DNA of 64,000 nt from an uncultured Spirochaetota bacterium (GCA_963753085.1 CAVWBF010000020.1:66999-130998); one strand, 5' to 3'. Positions 8,787-21,129 are shown, numbered from the stretch's first letter. Notes: generated by a model from the letters alone, not told the origin. Translations and numbers: made by a program.

Positions 8787-9682
8787 ACAACGATTCACCC
8801 GCGGAGATACGGGCGGAGCTCGAGCGGCGCGGCCTGGCGCTGAAAAAGCGATGGGGCCAGAACTTCCTTATTAATCGCGGGGCCAGGGAGACGCTGGTCT
8901 CACTTCTCGACCCCCGGCAGGGCGAGCTGGCATGGGAGATCGGCCCCGGCCTGGGCGCCATGACCGCGCTCATCCTTGCCAGGGGAGCGGCCTGTGTCGC
9001 CTTCGAGATCGACAGGGGCTTGTGCAGGTATCTCGAGGAGACATTCGGACGAGGAAGCGGCTTCACCCTGGTGCCAGGCGATTTCGTAAAGACATGGCGT
9101 GATGCCTTGCTCTCCCATGGCGCTCCGGGGGCCCTTCTAGGAAACCTCCCCTACCGCTCGGCCTCGCTCATGATCGCGAACCTGGTAGAAGGAGGCCTCC
9201 GCCCGAGGCGGGCTGTCTTCACCGTGCAGCGCGAGGCAGCGGAGCGGATGTGCTCGCTGCCCGGGCTGAAGTCCTACTCGTCCTTCTCCGTTCTCTGTCA
9301 GGCAGTATTTCAGGTGAAAAACCGGGGAGACCTTTCTCCCGGAAGCTTCTACCCGGCCCCCGAGGTGATCTCATCCATTGTCGAGCTGACTCCCCGCGAA
9401 AATGCCCCCTCGGGTCTTGGGCTGGAGATTCTCAGCGCACTCACGCGCAACCTGTTCGCCTCGCGGAGAAAGACAATCCGCAACAACCTGGCGGCGGCGC
9501 GGCTGCCGGCCGGCCTGTCCAGGGAGACTGCAATGGAAGCGCTTGAGAAAGAGGGGGCAGAGCCGGGCATGCGCGCAGAGGAGCTCTCACCGGCCGTCTT
9601 CGTGCGAGCTGCAAGATCGCTTGCCCTTCGAATGAGCCCGGACGCCCTGGGCTCTAACCCTACAGAGCCTTCAGCTCCTTGA
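8732..9682 (+). CDS. rsmA: 16S rRNA (adenine1518/1519-N6)-dimethyltransferase
   Basis: RWGQNFLI and EIGPGLGAMT (SAM-binding) motifs. Start is ambiguous: ATG 8732 (inside comEC) or TTG 8783, which overlaps the comEC stop. The 3' end overlaps the convergent dapA by 23 nt. Confidence 0.85.
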   Translation: MPRIPAAFPPPRGSERALNNDSPAEIRAELERRGLALKKRWGQNFLINRGARETLVSLLDPRQGELAWEIGPGLGAMTALILARGAACVAFEIDRGLCRYLEETFGRGSGFTLVPGDFVKTWRDALLSHGAPGALLGNLPYRSASLMIANLVEGGLRPRRAVFTVQREAAERMCSLPGLKSYSSFSVLCQAVFQVKNRGDLSPGSFYPAPEVISSIVELTPRENAPSGLGLEILSALTRNLFASRRKTIRNNLAAARLPAGLSRETAMEALEKEGAEPGMRAEELSPAVFVRAARSLALRMSPDALGSNPTEPSAP

Positions 9683-10538
9683 GCGTGGCTGCCAGGACTT
9701 CCCGGTTCTTCGGGGCCATCCTGCACATCGGGAGCCGGTAGACCTCGGACATCATTCCCTTCATTGCCAGGGCGGCCTTGATGGGGATCGGATTGGTCTC
9801 GATGAACATGGCCTTGAAGAGGGGCAGAAGCTCGTAGTGCATCCTGCGCGCCCCGTCCCAGTCCCCCTTCAGCGCAGCTCCCACGAACTTCGCCATCCGC
9901 TCGGGGACCAGGTTGCTGGCCACCGAGATCACCCCCTTGCCGCCCAGCGCCATCAAGGGAAAGACAAGGTTGTCGTCCCCGGAGAGGACGGTGAAATCGG
10001 CCGGCTTTCGGGAGATGAGGTCCATCATCTGGACGATATCGCCGCTTGCTTCCTTCACGGCAACGATGTTGCGATGCTTTGCAAGCTCGAGCATGGTCGG
10101 AGTGTCGATGTTCCTGGCTGTGCGGCCTGCGATGTTGTACACCACGAGCGGAAGATCCACCGCGTCCGCGACTGCCCTGAAGTGAGCCAGGATCCCGTCG
10201 CTGGTCGGCTTGTTGTAGTACGGGGTCACCTGGAGTGTGGCGTCAGCCCCCGCCTCCCTTGCCTCCGTGGCGTAGTGGATTGCTTCTTTCGTGTTGTTCG
10301 AGCCGGCCCCGCCGATCACGGGGACCCGTCCCCGCGCCTGCTCAACGACAATCCGTATGACGCGCTTGCACTCCTCACCGTCGAGCGTCGGGCTTTCTCC
10401 CGTTGTTCCCACCGGGACAAGGCCCTGGACGCCGCCTTCGATCTGGAAGTCCACGAGCCTGCGCAGCGACTTCTCATCGATTTTCCCGTCCTCGGTCATG
10501 GGCGTGACCAGCGCCGTGTAGACTCCTTCCAGCTTCAT
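9660..10538 (-). CDS. dapA: 4-hydroxy-tetrahydrodipicolinate synthase
   Basis: Starts MKLEGVYTALVTPM; motifs GTTGESPTL, VTPYYNKP and AVKEASG. ATG 10538 overlaps the dapB stop (ATGA). The track ORF is extended 24 codons upstream. Confidence 0.92.
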   Translation of the reverse strand: MKLEGVYTALVTPMTEDGKIDEKSLRRLVDFQIEGGVQGLVPVGTTGESPTLDGEECKRVIRIVVEQARGRVPVIGGAGSNNTKEAIHYATEAREAGADATLQVTPYYNKPTSDGILAHFRAVADAVDLPLVVYNIAGRTARNIDTPTMLELAKHRNIVAVKEASGDIVQMMDLISRKPADFTVLSGDDNLVFPLMALGGKGVISVASNLVPERMAKFVGAALKGDWDGARRMHYELLPLFKAMFIETNPIPIKAALAMKGMMSEVYRLPMCRMAPKNREVLAATLKELKAL

Positions 10539-11293
10539 GCCTGTTTCCTCCCGAGGATGTCCTGGATGAAATCGCTTACCTCGAAAACGCCCTTTTTGCC
10601 CTGGAGCCACTCCGCGGCGCGCACCGCGCCGACGGCAAGCCCGCCCCGGCTGCGCGCCGAATGGGTGAGCTCGATGGTGTCGAAGATGGAATCGAGAAGA
10701 ACCGTGTGGATGCCCGGCACCTCCCCGCCGCGCACGGAAGCGAAGTGAAGCTCGTCAGGAGCGGGGGCTCGGTCGAGCCTTTCCGTGACCACCTTCTTCT
10801 TTCGCGGGTGCTGGGAGGTGATGATCTTTGCGAGACTGAGAGCCGTTCCCGACGGGGAATCTTTCTTTCTCTTGTGATGGACTTCCCATCCCAGGATGTC
10901 GTATTCGGGGAAGGGGCTGGAAAGCTCCGCGGCAGCCGCCACGAGCGCAAAGAAAAGGTGGGCACCAATGGAGAAATTGCTTCCATAGAGGAAGCCGATT
11001 TTCGCGCCCTTCAGCACGGTCTTCAGCTCTTCGAGCTTCCCGTACCATCCCGTGGTGCCCACGACGGCGCTGAGGCCGAGCCGCGCGTAGGTGCGAGCGT
11101 TCTCCAGCACGGCGTCGGCGTGTGAAAACTCGATTGCCGCATCCACGCCGCGCGCCAACTCCTGCGTCAGTGCAGGGGCGTCAGCACCGGGCTGCTGGGG
11201 GTCGATGCGTCCCGCGACCTCGTGACCTCGGGCGCGCAGGACCCGCTCCACCTCCTGACCCATGCTCCCGTATCCGATGATCGCGACTTTCAT
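10535..11293 (-). CDS. dapB: 4-hydroxy-tetrahydrodipicolinate reductase
   Basis: 252 aa; MKVAIIGYGSMG Rossmann start and HHKRKKDSPSGTA signature. Confidence 0.92.
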   Translation of the reverse strand: MKVAIIGYGSMGQEVERVLRARGHEVAGRIDPQQPGADAPALTQELARGVDAAIEFSHADAVLENARTYARLGLSAVVGTTGWYGKLEELKTVLKGAKIGFLYGSNFSIGAHLFFALVAAAAELSSPFPEYDILGWEVHHKRKKDSPSGTALSLAKIITSQHPRKKKVVTERLDRAPAPDELHFASVRGGEVPGIHTVLLDSIFDTIELTHSARSRGGLAVGAVRAAEWLQGKKGVFEVSDFIQDILGRKQA

Positions 11294-11377
11294 GGTCCGT
11301 GCATCATAGGATGGCGGACGCGGAAAAACAAGAGTTGGGCGGGCGCCGGGATGGGTCGAAGAGGCCGCCGCGGGGCT

Positions 11378-12382
11378 CTATGCCTTCTGGGACTGGACCA
11401 GCGTCACCACGGACGTGTTGACCACATCTTCCACGGAGCATCCACGGGAAAGGTCGCTCACCGGCTTGGCGAATCCCTGGAGGAACGGCCCGTACGCCTC
11501 GGCGCCGGCAAAGCGCTGCACGAGCTTGTACCCGATGTTGGCGCTCTGCAGATCGGGGAAGATCAGCGTGTTCGCCTTCCCCGCGACGGGAGATCCGGGC
11601 GCCTTTTTTGCGGCCACGGAGGGAATGAGGGCGGCGTCCGCCTGCATCTCGCCGTCCACCATGAGCTTCGGGTCCTTCTGCCGGATGATCGATATCGCCG
11701 AGGTGACCTTGTCCACGAGGGGATGGGAAGCGCTGCCCTTGGTGGAGAAGGAGAGCATTGCCACCATGGGCTCTGCCTTGAGGAAGGTTCGAAAGGACAG
11801 CGCGGAAGAGAGTGCAATATCGGCCAGCTGCTCCGAGGTCGGATCAGGAATCACGGCGCAGTCAGCGAAGACCATGTGGCCGTCGATGCCCCATTTCTTG
11901 TCGGGCAAAACCATCACGAAGCAGGAGGAGGCGGTCTTTATGCCGGGGCTCGTCTTGACGATAGTGAGGGCCGCCCGCAGGACCTTCGCGGTCTCGCTGT
12001 CGGCGCCGGACACCATGGCATCCGCCCGGCCCTTTCTCATCATCATGGCTCCCCAGTGCTGGGTGTCGCCCATGAAGACCTTCTCCGCTTCCTCGCGGCT
12101 GATCCCCTTGCTCTTACGAAGCTCGAAGTACTCATCGATGTATTCGCGCCGCAGCGACGATGCTGCCGGCTCTTCCACGATGAGACCGGACAGGCTCACC
12201 CCCTGCTTCTTTGCCTCCGCCTCGATCTCTTTCACGGTCCCGAGGAGCGTGACCTCTTTCGCGAATCCTCCGTCGAGTATGGCCCGGGCCGCTTTCAGCG
12301 TGCGCGGCTCATAGCCTTCGGGCAGCACGAGCTTGCGCGGGTCGGATTTCGCCTTTTTGCGCATTTCTTCAATGAAGTTCAT
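11378..12382 (-). CDS. pta: Phosphate acetyltransferase (short form)
   Basis: ATG 12382 is preceded by AAGGAGGAG. 334 aa starting [23 protein letters not shown], typical of Pta/PTA_PTB family proteins. Confidence 0.88.
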   Translation of the reverse strand: MNFIEEMRKKAKSDPRKLVLPEGYEPRTLKAARAILDGGFAKEVTLLGTVKEIEAEAKKQGVSLSGLIVEEPAASSLRREYIDEYFELRKSKGISREEAEKVFMGDTQHWGAMMMRKGRADAMVSGADSETAKVLRAALTIVKTSPGIKTASSCFVMVLPDKKWGIDGHMVFADCAVIPDPTSEQLADIALSSALSFRTFLKAEPMVAMLSFSTKGSASHPLVDKVTSAISIIRQKDPKLMVDGEMQADAALIPSVAAKKAPGSPVAGKANTLIFPDLQSANIGYKLVQRFAGAEAYGPFLQGFAKPVSDLSRGCSVEDVVNTSVVTLVQSQKA

Positions 12383-12452
12383 GGTGGGCTCCTCCTTTTT
12401 TCCGTGTGCCGACAGTATAACTTTTTCCCCGAAAACTGCAATAATCGCGACC

Positions 12453-13202
12453 ATGGCGATCGGAGTCTATGGATTGGGAAGGTTCGGATATTTCTGGGCG
12501 GAGCTGCTGGGACGACATGAGCCGGTCTTCGCATACTCGCGAGACCCGGCGCGCCCCGTGCCTCCCGGTGTGAAGCGGGTGGGGGAGGACGAGCTTGCAT
12601 CGCTTCCCGTGATATTCCTCTGCGTGGCAATCTCCGCCCTGGATGAGGTCCTGCAGAGGATGCGCGGCCGCCTTTCTCCCGGCTCGCTGATCATGGACAC
12701 CTGCTCCGTGAAGTCCTACCCGGTTGCCCTCATGAGGAAGCTCCTTCCCGACTCGGTTTCCATTCTCGGTACCCACCCGATGTTCGGACCCGATTCCGCC
12801 AGAAACGGAGTGCGCGGCCTGCCGCTGATCCTCTGCCCCGCGCGGGTTGCCGACCGGGACGCCCAGCGGTGGCGGGAGTTCTTCAGCTCCCTGGGCCTTG
12901 CCGTGTCGGTAATGTCCCCGGATGATCACGACAGGGAAGCCGCCTTCACGCAGGGGGTCGCGCACTACATCGGGCGAGTTCTCTCGGATTTCGGAGTCCA
13001 GCGGTCCGCCATCGGGACAGTGGGCTTCAACAAGCTCCTGGAAATCGTGGAGCAGACCTGCAACGATCCGTGGCAGCTCTTCCTGGACCTCCAGCGTTAT
13101 AACCCGTACACCAGGGAAATGCGCTCGAGGCTCTCCCGGTCCCTCGCGTCCATCATGGCGGCTATCGACAAGTCCCTGGAAGGTGAGGAGGCCCTGCCCT
13201 GA
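12453..13202 (+). CDS. tyrA: Prephenate dehydrogenase
   Basis: [12 protein letters not shown] Rossmann start and GTHPMFGP motif. The track ORF start (12333) overlaps the pta promoter region; ATG 12453 is chosen. Confidence 0.8.
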   Translation: MAIGVYGLGRFGYFWAELLGRHEPVFAYSRDPARPVPPGVKRVGEDELASLPVIFLCVAISALDEVLQRMRGRLSPGSLIMDTCSVKSYPVALMRKLLPDSVSILGTHPMFGPDSARNGVRGLPLILCPARVADRDAQRWREFFSSLGLAVSVMSPDDHDREAAFTQGVAHYIGRVLSDFGVQRSAIGTVGFNKLLEIVEQTCNDPWQLFLDLQRYNPYTREMRSRLSRSLASIMAAIDKSLEGEEALP

Positions 13203-13256
13203 TAACGTGATTGCCTTGACAGGGCGCAGGACGGCAGATAGGCTTGGAATCGACGA

Positions 13257-13967
13257 ATGGAGACACCCATGGCCGAAGTCAGGATCAAGGACATCGACGA
13301 GCACGAGATTGACACCGTCCTTGCCGAGGACATCGATTTCGAGGGACATCTCACGTTCAAGAAGCCCCTCATGATCAAGGGAAAGTTCAAGGGCGAGATC
13401 AAGTCCACCAGCGCCCTGTACATCGGGGAGAAGGCCTACGTGGAAGCCAGGACGGAAGCTGACGTGGTCTCCGCCAAGGGCAGGCACAAGGGCGATATCC
13501 TGGGACATTCGCGCGTGGAGCTCTTTTCCACGGCGCGGGTGGACGGCGATATAACCACCCCCGACTTCGTTGCCGAGAGCGGTTGCAAGTTCAACGGCGT
13601 GTGCAACATGGGCGGGGAAGCTTCAGGGAAAGAGGCCGCCTCAGGCCAGGGTCCCGCGGCGGCAGGCGCCGGCGCGGCGCCGGGGACAACGCCCGTGGGA
13701 GCCGCTCCGTTGGGAGGCAGCGGCGCCGCGCCGGGCGGGCAGCCGGCGCAGCAGCATGGTCAGCAACAGCACAGTCCGCAGCCAAACGCGCCGCAACAGC
13801 GGGGCCCACAGCAGCATGGGCAGCAGCCAAACGCACCGCAGACGAAGCTCCCGTTTCAGCAGGGAGGCGCAGGCGATCCGTCGAGAGGAAGCGGCGAGCC
13901 GCCCAGAGGAAGCGCCGAGCCGCCCAGAGGAAGCGCCGAGCCGCCCAGAGGAGGCGGGTCGAGATGA
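13257..13967 (+). CDS. Bactofilin-family cytoskeletal protein with a Pro/Gln/Gly-rich repeat tail
   Basis: The N-terminal ~120 aa have the bactofilin pattern (TVLAEDIDFEGHLTFKKPLMIKGKFKGEIKS..YIGEKAYVEA..VELFSTARVDGDI). The C-terminal half is low complexity. ATG 13269 (GGAGA 5 nt upstream) is an alternative start. Confidence 0.8.
   Translation: METPMAEVRIKDIDEHEIDTVLAEDIDFEGHLTFKKPLMIKGKFKGEIKSTSALYIGEKAYVEARTEADVVSAKGRHKGDILGHSRVELFSTARVDGDITTPDFVAESGCKFNGVCNMGGEASGKEAASGQGPAAAGAGAAPGTTPVGAAPLGGSGAAPGGQPAQQHGQQQHSPQPNAPQQRGPQQHGQQPNAPQTKLPFQQGGAGDPSRGSGEPPRGSAEPPRGSAEPPRGGGSR
13887..13949 (+). repeat. 21-bp tandem repeat x3 inside the bactofilin tail (encodes GS[G/A]EPPR x3)
   Basis: Units 13887-13907, 13908-13928 and 13929-13949 read ggaagcgScgagccgcccaga. 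Units 2 and 3 are identical; unit 1 differs by one base. Confidence 0.95.
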
Positions 13968-14617
13968 TCCTGCGTCCCGCGTACGCTCCCCGGGCGGCGG
14001 CCGCTTTTCTCCTTGCGGGCCTTCTTCTCGGCGCACCCGCCGCATTCGCCCAGGACAAGCCCGATGCCCTGGAGCTCTACAGGGCCAACAGGTATGAAGA
14101 GGCAATCAAGGTCTGCCAGCAGGAGCTTGCCGAGTCACCCAAGAGCATCGATTCGCACGTTGTGATGGGCTGGTCGTACCTTCGGCTCAGGAGATACCAG
14201 GATGCTCTGGACATCGGCCAGAAAGCGGTCCAGATCAACCCGAACGATCCGCGGGTCATCGAGATCCTGGGAGAGGCGGATGTTTTCCTGGGCAAGACGG
14301 ATGATGCCTTGAAGAACCTCGAGGAATACGTGGCCTTGCGGCCCGACGGTGACCGCATATCGCGCGTGTACTGGCTGATGGGAGAGGTCTATATCAGCCT
14401 GAAGGAATACCAGAACGCCGACATCGCCATTTCCACCGCGCTGTACTACGAGCAGAACAACAGCCAGTGGTGGTCGCGCCTTGGCTGGGCCCGCGAGCTT
14501 GCCACGGACTGGAAGTGGGCATCAGACGCCTACGCCCACGCCCTCAAGCTGGATCCCAGCCTTGCGGACGCCCAGAGGGGCAAGGACAGGGTCGACGCCA
14601 AGCTCAAGGGCGGATGA
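13964..14617 (+). CDS. Secreted tetratricopeptide-repeat protein
   Basis: ATG 13964 overlaps the bactofilin stop (ATGA). Signal peptide ends AAFAQD. TPR-like helices (YRANRYEEAIKVCQQ, GWSYLRLRRYQDALDIGQKAVQINPND). Confidence 0.8.
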   Translation: MILRPAYAPRAAAAFLLAGLLLGAPAAFAQDKPDALELYRANRYEEAIKVCQQELAESPKSIDSHVVMGWSYLRLRRYQDALDIGQKAVQINPNDPRVIEILGEADVFLGKTDDALKNLEEYVALRPDGDRISRVYWLMGEVYISLKEYQNADIAISTALYYEQNNSQWWSRLGWARELATDWKWASDAYAHALKLDPSLADAQRGKDRVDAKLKGG

Positions 14618-15948
14618 GGATCGGCTTCCACACCCTCGGGTGCAAGCTTAACCAGTATGAGACGGAGGCCCTCGCCTGGTCCTTCCGTGCGCAGGGCCAC
14701 TCTGTAGTCGCCGCTTCCGAGGAAGCGGAAGCATACATCATCAACACGTGCACCGTGACCGGCCGGGCGGACCACAAGTCCCGGGCCATCGTTCGCGGTC
14801 TTTCCAGGAAACATCCGCAGTCTCTGCTCATTGTCACGGGGTGCTCGGCCCAGCTGGAAGCTGAGGCGCTTTCCTCCCTGGGAGACAACGTGCTCGTCGT
14901 CCCGCAATCAGCCAAGGGCGACCTGTTGTCCCTCGCGGAGAGGATCAGCCGCTCGGCAGACATACGGGCCGGCCTCGCGCAGCTTCGGAGGGAGTCGTCC
15001 CCGGCCGCCGCGGACCCTTTTGCATTCCGGGTGAATCAGCTCAGCTTTCACACCCGGGCATTCCTCAAGGTCCAGGACGGCTGCGACGCGATGTGCGCCT
15101 ATTGCCGCGTCCCGCAGGCCCGGGGACCGTCGGTCAGCCTGGATGCGGAGGAAGTCATCCGTCGCGCTGTCGCCCTGGAGTCGCAGGGCCATCGGGAGGT
15201 CGTGATCACCGGCGTCAACATTTCCTCCTACCGCTCAGGCGACATTCTTCTCCCGCGGCTCGTTCGGGAGCTGGTCTCTGCCACGCGGACGGTGCGTTTC
15301 CGCATGTCCTCCCTGGAGCCCGAGTCTCTCACGGAGGAGCTTTCGGCGAGCCTTTCCCACAACCGTGTCTGCGCGCACTTCCACCTGCCCGTCCAGTCAG
15401 GCTCCGACGGAGTGCTGGGGCGCATGCGCCGACGCTATCGTGCCGAGGGAGTGGCTGAAGGGGCGCGGCTCCTCCGCGGGGCGAAGGCTGATCCGTTTCT
15501 CGCGGCCGATGTTATCGTCGGATTCCCGGGGGAAACGGCGGAGGAACACACGGAGACTGTCCGCCTTATAGAGACCGTCGGCTTTTCGGCCCTGCATGTG
15601 TTTCCCTATTCCGCCCGGCCGGGAACAACGGCTGCTTCGCTTCGGCCCCGGATTCCTCAGCGGGTGCGGGACGAAAGAGCACGCGAGCTGGGGGACATCT
15701 CGCGCCGGCTCCAGGAGACGTACTGGCGCTCGTGGACCGGGAAGGAAGTCGAGGTACTCCTGGAAACCGTCGGAAAAGAACAGTCATCAGATCCGCGGAC
15801 GTTTGCGGCGCGAGGGCGTTCGGGGAACTATCTGAAAGTGATCGTTGAGGGGCTGCCGCGGGAAGAAAACCTGCGGGGACGGCTCGCGCTGGCGCGCCTG
15901 AGCGTGCCAGGGGAAGTCTGCAGGGCCTCCTTCCTCTGCTTTGCCTGA
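14614..15948 (+). CDS. mtaB: tRNA t6A37 methylthiotransferase (MiaB-like radical SAM)
   Basis: ATG 14614 overlaps the TPR stop (ATGA). MRIGFHTLGCKLNQYE (UPF0004 domain), radical-SAM CDAMCAYC, C-terminal TRAM-like region. Confidence 0.85.
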   Translation: MRIGFHTLGCKLNQYETEALAWSFRAQGHSVVAASEEAEAYIINTCTVTGRADHKSRAIVRGLSRKHPQSLLIVTGCSAQLEAEALSSLGDNVLVVPQSAKGDLLSLAERISRSADIRAGLAQLRRESSPAAADPFAFRVNQLSFHTRAFLKVQDGCDAMCAYCRVPQARGPSVSLDAEEVIRRAVALESQGHREVVITGVNISSYRSGDILLPRLVRELVSATRTVRFRMSSLEPESLTEELSASLSHNRVCAHFHLPVQSGSDGVLGRMRRRYRAEGVAEGARLLRGAKADPFLAADVIVGFPGETAEEHTETVRLIETVGFSALHVFPYSARPGTTAASLRPRIPQRVRDERARELGDISRRLQETYWRSWTGKEVEVLLETVGKEQSSDPRTFAARGRSGNYLKVIVEGLPREENLRGRLALARLSVPGEVCRASFLCFA

Positions 15949-15954
15949 CAATTT

Positions 15955-15984
15955 CTGGCATTTCGATCCGGGCTGAGCTATAAT
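15955..15984 (+). promoter_or_regulatory. Putative sigma70-type promoter for the lipoprotein/barrel gene pair
   Basis: CTGGCA (15955-15960), 18-nt spacer, perfect TATAAT (15979-15984). It lies about 60 nt upstream of ATG 16047. Confidence 0.4.
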
Positions 15985-16046
15985 CAAAGACGAACAATCA
16001 GCCAGCGCGCCGATAGTGTATGTGAAAGCGGTGGAGGAGGTCGTTG

Positions 16047-16835
16047 ATGGCGTTGAGGAAGGTGAAGGCATGCGTACTCGCTCCCTTCCTGCTCCTGGCA
16101 GGCTGCTCCGCCTTTTTCGGGTTCAACGCGCTGAAGGGGCTGGACAAGGTTGCCGCACCGAACCCCAGTCAGTATGACTATTACACGAGCGGCCCGGCGG
16201 GCCTGAACAAGCTCGGTTCAGATCTTGGTTCTGCGGCAATAATCGCAGCCTTGACAGCGGATCCCACCGCGACTGCCACGATTGAGAGCAACCTGCAGAC
16301 CACCTATACCGACCCGTCTGTTCCCCTGGCTGATCAGCAGCAGGCAGCTGCTCTGTACAGCGACCTGAACCTCAAGACGACCTCGGGCGACCAGTTCGTC
16401 AACAACGTGGTCAACATCGTGGTCAGCGGAACGGGGAGCGGGCAGACAATCCAGCAGATCCTCCAGGGAATCGTGCCCGCAAATGTCGCCTCGGACCCGG
16501 TTGCATTCGCGGCCATGGTGACGGGTCTCGTCAACGCCGCGGCGGCATACCAGGTTCTCGGCGCCACGGTGCCGCCTGCCCCTGCTGGCGTCAACATGGG
16601 AGACGTTGCCCAGAAGGCAGCCGTTGCGTACATGATGCAGTCTGTCATCTATGAGATCGGGGGAGGCACGGCCAACGCGACCACCCAGATGTTCAACCTG
16701 CTTAACAATCAGCCGAACACCGTCCCGTCCAGCCCCATTGATCCTTTCTCGACGCCCATCGCCCCCTACAATGGGACCAACCTGACAAACATCCAGAATA
16801 TCTTCACCGCCGCCGGCGCGACCATGCCCTCCTGA
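16047..16835 (+). CDS. Lipoprotein of unknown function
   Basis: GGAGGAGG lies 6 nt before ATG 16047. Lipobox LLLAGC. No family recognised. Confidence 0.7.
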   Translation: MALRKVKACVLAPFLLLAGCSAFFGFNALKGLDKVAAPNPSQYDYYTSGPAGLNKLGSDLGSAAIIAALTADPTATATIESNLQTTYTDPSVPLADQQQAAALYSDLNLKTTSGDQFVNNVVNIVVSGTGSGQTIQQILQGIVPANVASDPVAFAAMVTGLVNAAAAYQVLGATVPPAPAGVNMGDVAQKAAVAYMMQSVIYEIGGGTANATTQMFNLLNNQPNTVPSSPIDPFSTPIAPYNGTNLTNIQNIFTAAGATMPS

Positions 16836-16842
16836 TCACATC

Positions 16843-18021
16843 ATGGGGAGAATGTTCTATCCTGGGGTGCTGATCCTCCTCCTGTGCTCGACAACGGCAT
16901 TTGCGGCGCAGATCAACGAGGAGCCTTTCCTCCCCCTGAGTCCGGCAATCATGGGCCGGGGAGGCTCGTACATTGCCGACGCCCAGGGGTACAATGCCTT
17001 CTTCTACAATCCCGCCGGGTTCTCTCGCGGGAGCGGGGCATTTACCCTGGCTTCCAGCAGCACATGGATCTATGCGCGGCCGGACATGCTCATTACACAG
17101 ATTGTCCAGGCGGCAACCGGGTCCCAAAGCCAGTCTTCGCTTGTCAACTTCATCAATACGCAGGTCACCACCGGAGGACTGGGGGTGGGGTCTTCCCTCG
17201 GCATCGGGTACGTGGGAGGCGGGTTCGGCCTGGGGGCCGTGTTCATCGTGGATTCGATGCTCTACGGTCAGACGCTCCTCGGCGTGACAGGAGACCTGAC
17301 GGCGACACTCGGCTTCATTGGAGGGCTCTCCATTCCTTTTGACCTGGGAGGAGTGAAGGTCCACGTTGGGGCAGACCTGCGCCCGATGATCCGCATTCAT
17401 GTTCCCGTCCCGAACAGCACTGCCCTGACCATCGTCACGGACCTGGCAACCGGGGGAGACGTTGTGAGCGCCCTCAACTCCGCCCAGGCCCTCTATGGCT
17501 CGGGCATCGGGCTGGACCTCGGGGCCATCGCGGACCTTGGCTGGCTTTCCTTTGGCGTGTCCATCAGGGACCTTGGAGGCACGCAGTTCAACTACACATC
17601 GAACACGTTCGGCGCTGTCACCAGCTCCCTCGGCTCCCAGGGGAGCTTCCCGTCCGGGACCCCCACGTCCGACACGTATGTGATCCCCATGGATGTGGGC
17701 GCCGGGATTGCCATTCACCCGGTCCTGGGGAGGAGCAGCTTGTTCTTCGATCCGAGGATCAGCTTCGACATGAGAAACATCGTCGGGGCAATCGACGGCA
17801 GCGCCGATGTCTGGACTCTTCTCCACGCAGGCGCTGAGGTCGGGCTCCTGAACACTTTCACCGTCCGGGCAGGCCTTAACCAGGGGTACCTCACCGTGGG
17901 CGGCGGCATGAAGCTGCTTTTCCTGGACTTGAACATGGCCATCTTCTCGCAGGAGCTCGGCGCGCACATCGGAGACCGGCCTGCCGCCGGCATGACTTTC
18001 AACGTCGACATTCGAATCTGA
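16843..18021 (+). CDS. Putative outer-membrane beta-barrel protein (PorP/SprF-, FadL- or UPF0164-like)
   Basis: Signal peptide ends AFAAQ. N-terminal GRGGSYIADAQGYNAFFYNPAGF motif, alternating Gly/aromatic-rich strands, C-terminal MTFNVDIRI. Confidence 0.6.
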   Translation: MGRMFYPGVLILLLCSTTAFAAQINEEPFLPLSPAIMGRGGSYIADAQGYNAFFYNPAGFSRGSGAFTLASSSTWIYARPDMLITQIVQAATGSQSQSSLVNFINTQVTTGGLGVGSSLGIGYVGGGFGLGAVFIVDSMLYGQTLLGVTGDLTATLGFIGGLSIPFDLGGVKVHVGADLRPMIRIHVPVPNSTALTIVTDLATGGDVVSALNSAQALYGSGIGLDLGAIADLGWLSFGVSIRDLGGTQFNYTSNTFGAVTSSLGSQGSFPSGTPTSDTYVIPMDVGAGIAIHPVLGRSSLFFDPRISFDMRNIVGAIDGSADVWTLLHAGAEVGLLNTFTVRAGLNQGYLTVGGGMKLLFLDLNMAIFSQELGAHIGDRPAAGMTFNVDIRI

Positions 18022-18064
18022 ATTGACACGCCTGGCATCCCCGTTTATATTGCAACCGCCCCGA

Positions 18065-18137
18065 GGGCCGCTAGCTCAGCTGGTAGAGCAACAGCCTTTT
18101 AAGCTGTGGGTCGCCAGTTCGACTCTGGCGCGGCTCA
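18065..18137 (+). tRNA. tRNA-Lys (anticodon TTT)
   Basis: Cloverleaf folded by hand. Acceptor GGGCCGC/GCGGCTC, D stem GCTC/GAGC, anticodon stem ACAGC/GCTGT with loop CTTTTAA, T stem GCCAG/CTGGC with loop TTCGACT. 73 nt; CCA not encoded. Confidence 0.93.
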
Positions 18138-18209
18138 ATACAATCGCCTTGAATGTTTCCATCGGACACTTCGGAGCACGCGGATCCATCCTCACCGTGC
18201 TGCGATGCA

Positions 18210-18242
18210 GGAGCCAGAATCCTGAGGATAGTCCCTGGCTCC
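18210..18242. terminator. Stem-loop between tRNA-Lys and the convergent PNPOx-like gene; possible bidirectional terminator
   Basis: GGAGCCAG (18210-18217) pairs with CTGGCTCC (18235-18242). No clear U-tract on either strand. Confidence 0.25.
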
Positions 18243-18340
18243 TATACGTGCAGCCTCAGCCGTGGCGGCCCAACACGGACAAGCAACCGATCAACGACTC
18301 CAGCTCTGTTTCATAACCATTCAGCTGCTGATTCCGTCTT

Positions 18341-18787
18341 CTACCTCAAAGCCTTGAGCTGTTCAGAATCAAGCTCGACGACTTCCTCCGGATCTTTATT
18401 GTAGTCGCTGTATCGGATCCAGGCAGGACGAGCCCTCATGTAGGTTATTCCGGACCAGCCCAGTCTCTTCTGCCCGTCCGGGAAAGTCGCGAAATAAAGC
18501 GACTTCAGGCGCTCGAGCTCCGAACCCTGGGGCCAGTCGACCTCGCCCTCGTATTGCACCGTTCTTTCGTCCCCTGGTGTCCAGCCTCCCATGACGAACG
18601 CAATCCTGGAGTTGACCGACAGGTTCTTCACCTTTCGTGTCGTGTCGACGCTGTCAAAGATAATTTCGAAAGAGTCCGTCACGGCAATCCCGACCACCGC
18701 GGCCTGCGGAGACCTCTCAGGCGATACCGAGGTTTGCACGGCGTACGTGTAGGCCCGCATGAAAAGCAGGAGCTCCGTCCGGCTCAT
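18341..18787 (-). CDS. Pyridoxamine 5'-phosphate oxidase-family (FMN-binding split-barrel) protein
   Basis: 148 aa with a pattern typical of PNPOx-like proteins (AAVVGIAVTDSFEIIFDSVDTTRKVKNLSVNSRIAFVMGGW). Confidence 0.55.
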   Translation of the reverse strand: MSRTELLLFMRAYTYAVQTSVSPERSPQAAVVGIAVTDSFEIIFDSVDTTRKVKNLSVNSRIAFVMGGWTPGDERTVQYEGEVDWPQGSELERLKSLYFATFPDGQKRLGWSGITYMRARPAWIRYSDYNKDPEEVVELDSEQLKALR

Positions 18788-18815
18788 AACCGGCCAGGTG
18801 AGCTCCCCGTCTCAA

Positions 18816-21086
<2,271 letters not shown>

Positions 21087-21120
21087 CTATGCATTGAGGG
21101 TGGCGGCGTTTTTCGTCCAC

Positions 21121-21129
21121 TGGTATAAT
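21121..21129 (+). promoter_or_regulatory. Extended -10 element (TGgTATAAT)
   Basis: tggtataat at 21121-21129 matches TGnTATAAT exactly. It overlaps the first ATG (21128) of the downstream ORF, which argues for a later start (21140 or 21155). Confidence 0.35.

Noticed and set aside
13583-14105. Arg-rich ORFs on both strands across the bactofilin tail (e.g. 13583.., 13591..14058, 13641..14105).
   Set aside because: They are alternative-frame readings of a GC-rich low-complexity region. The bactofilin frame has the recognisable domain, and the TPR gene starts at 13964.
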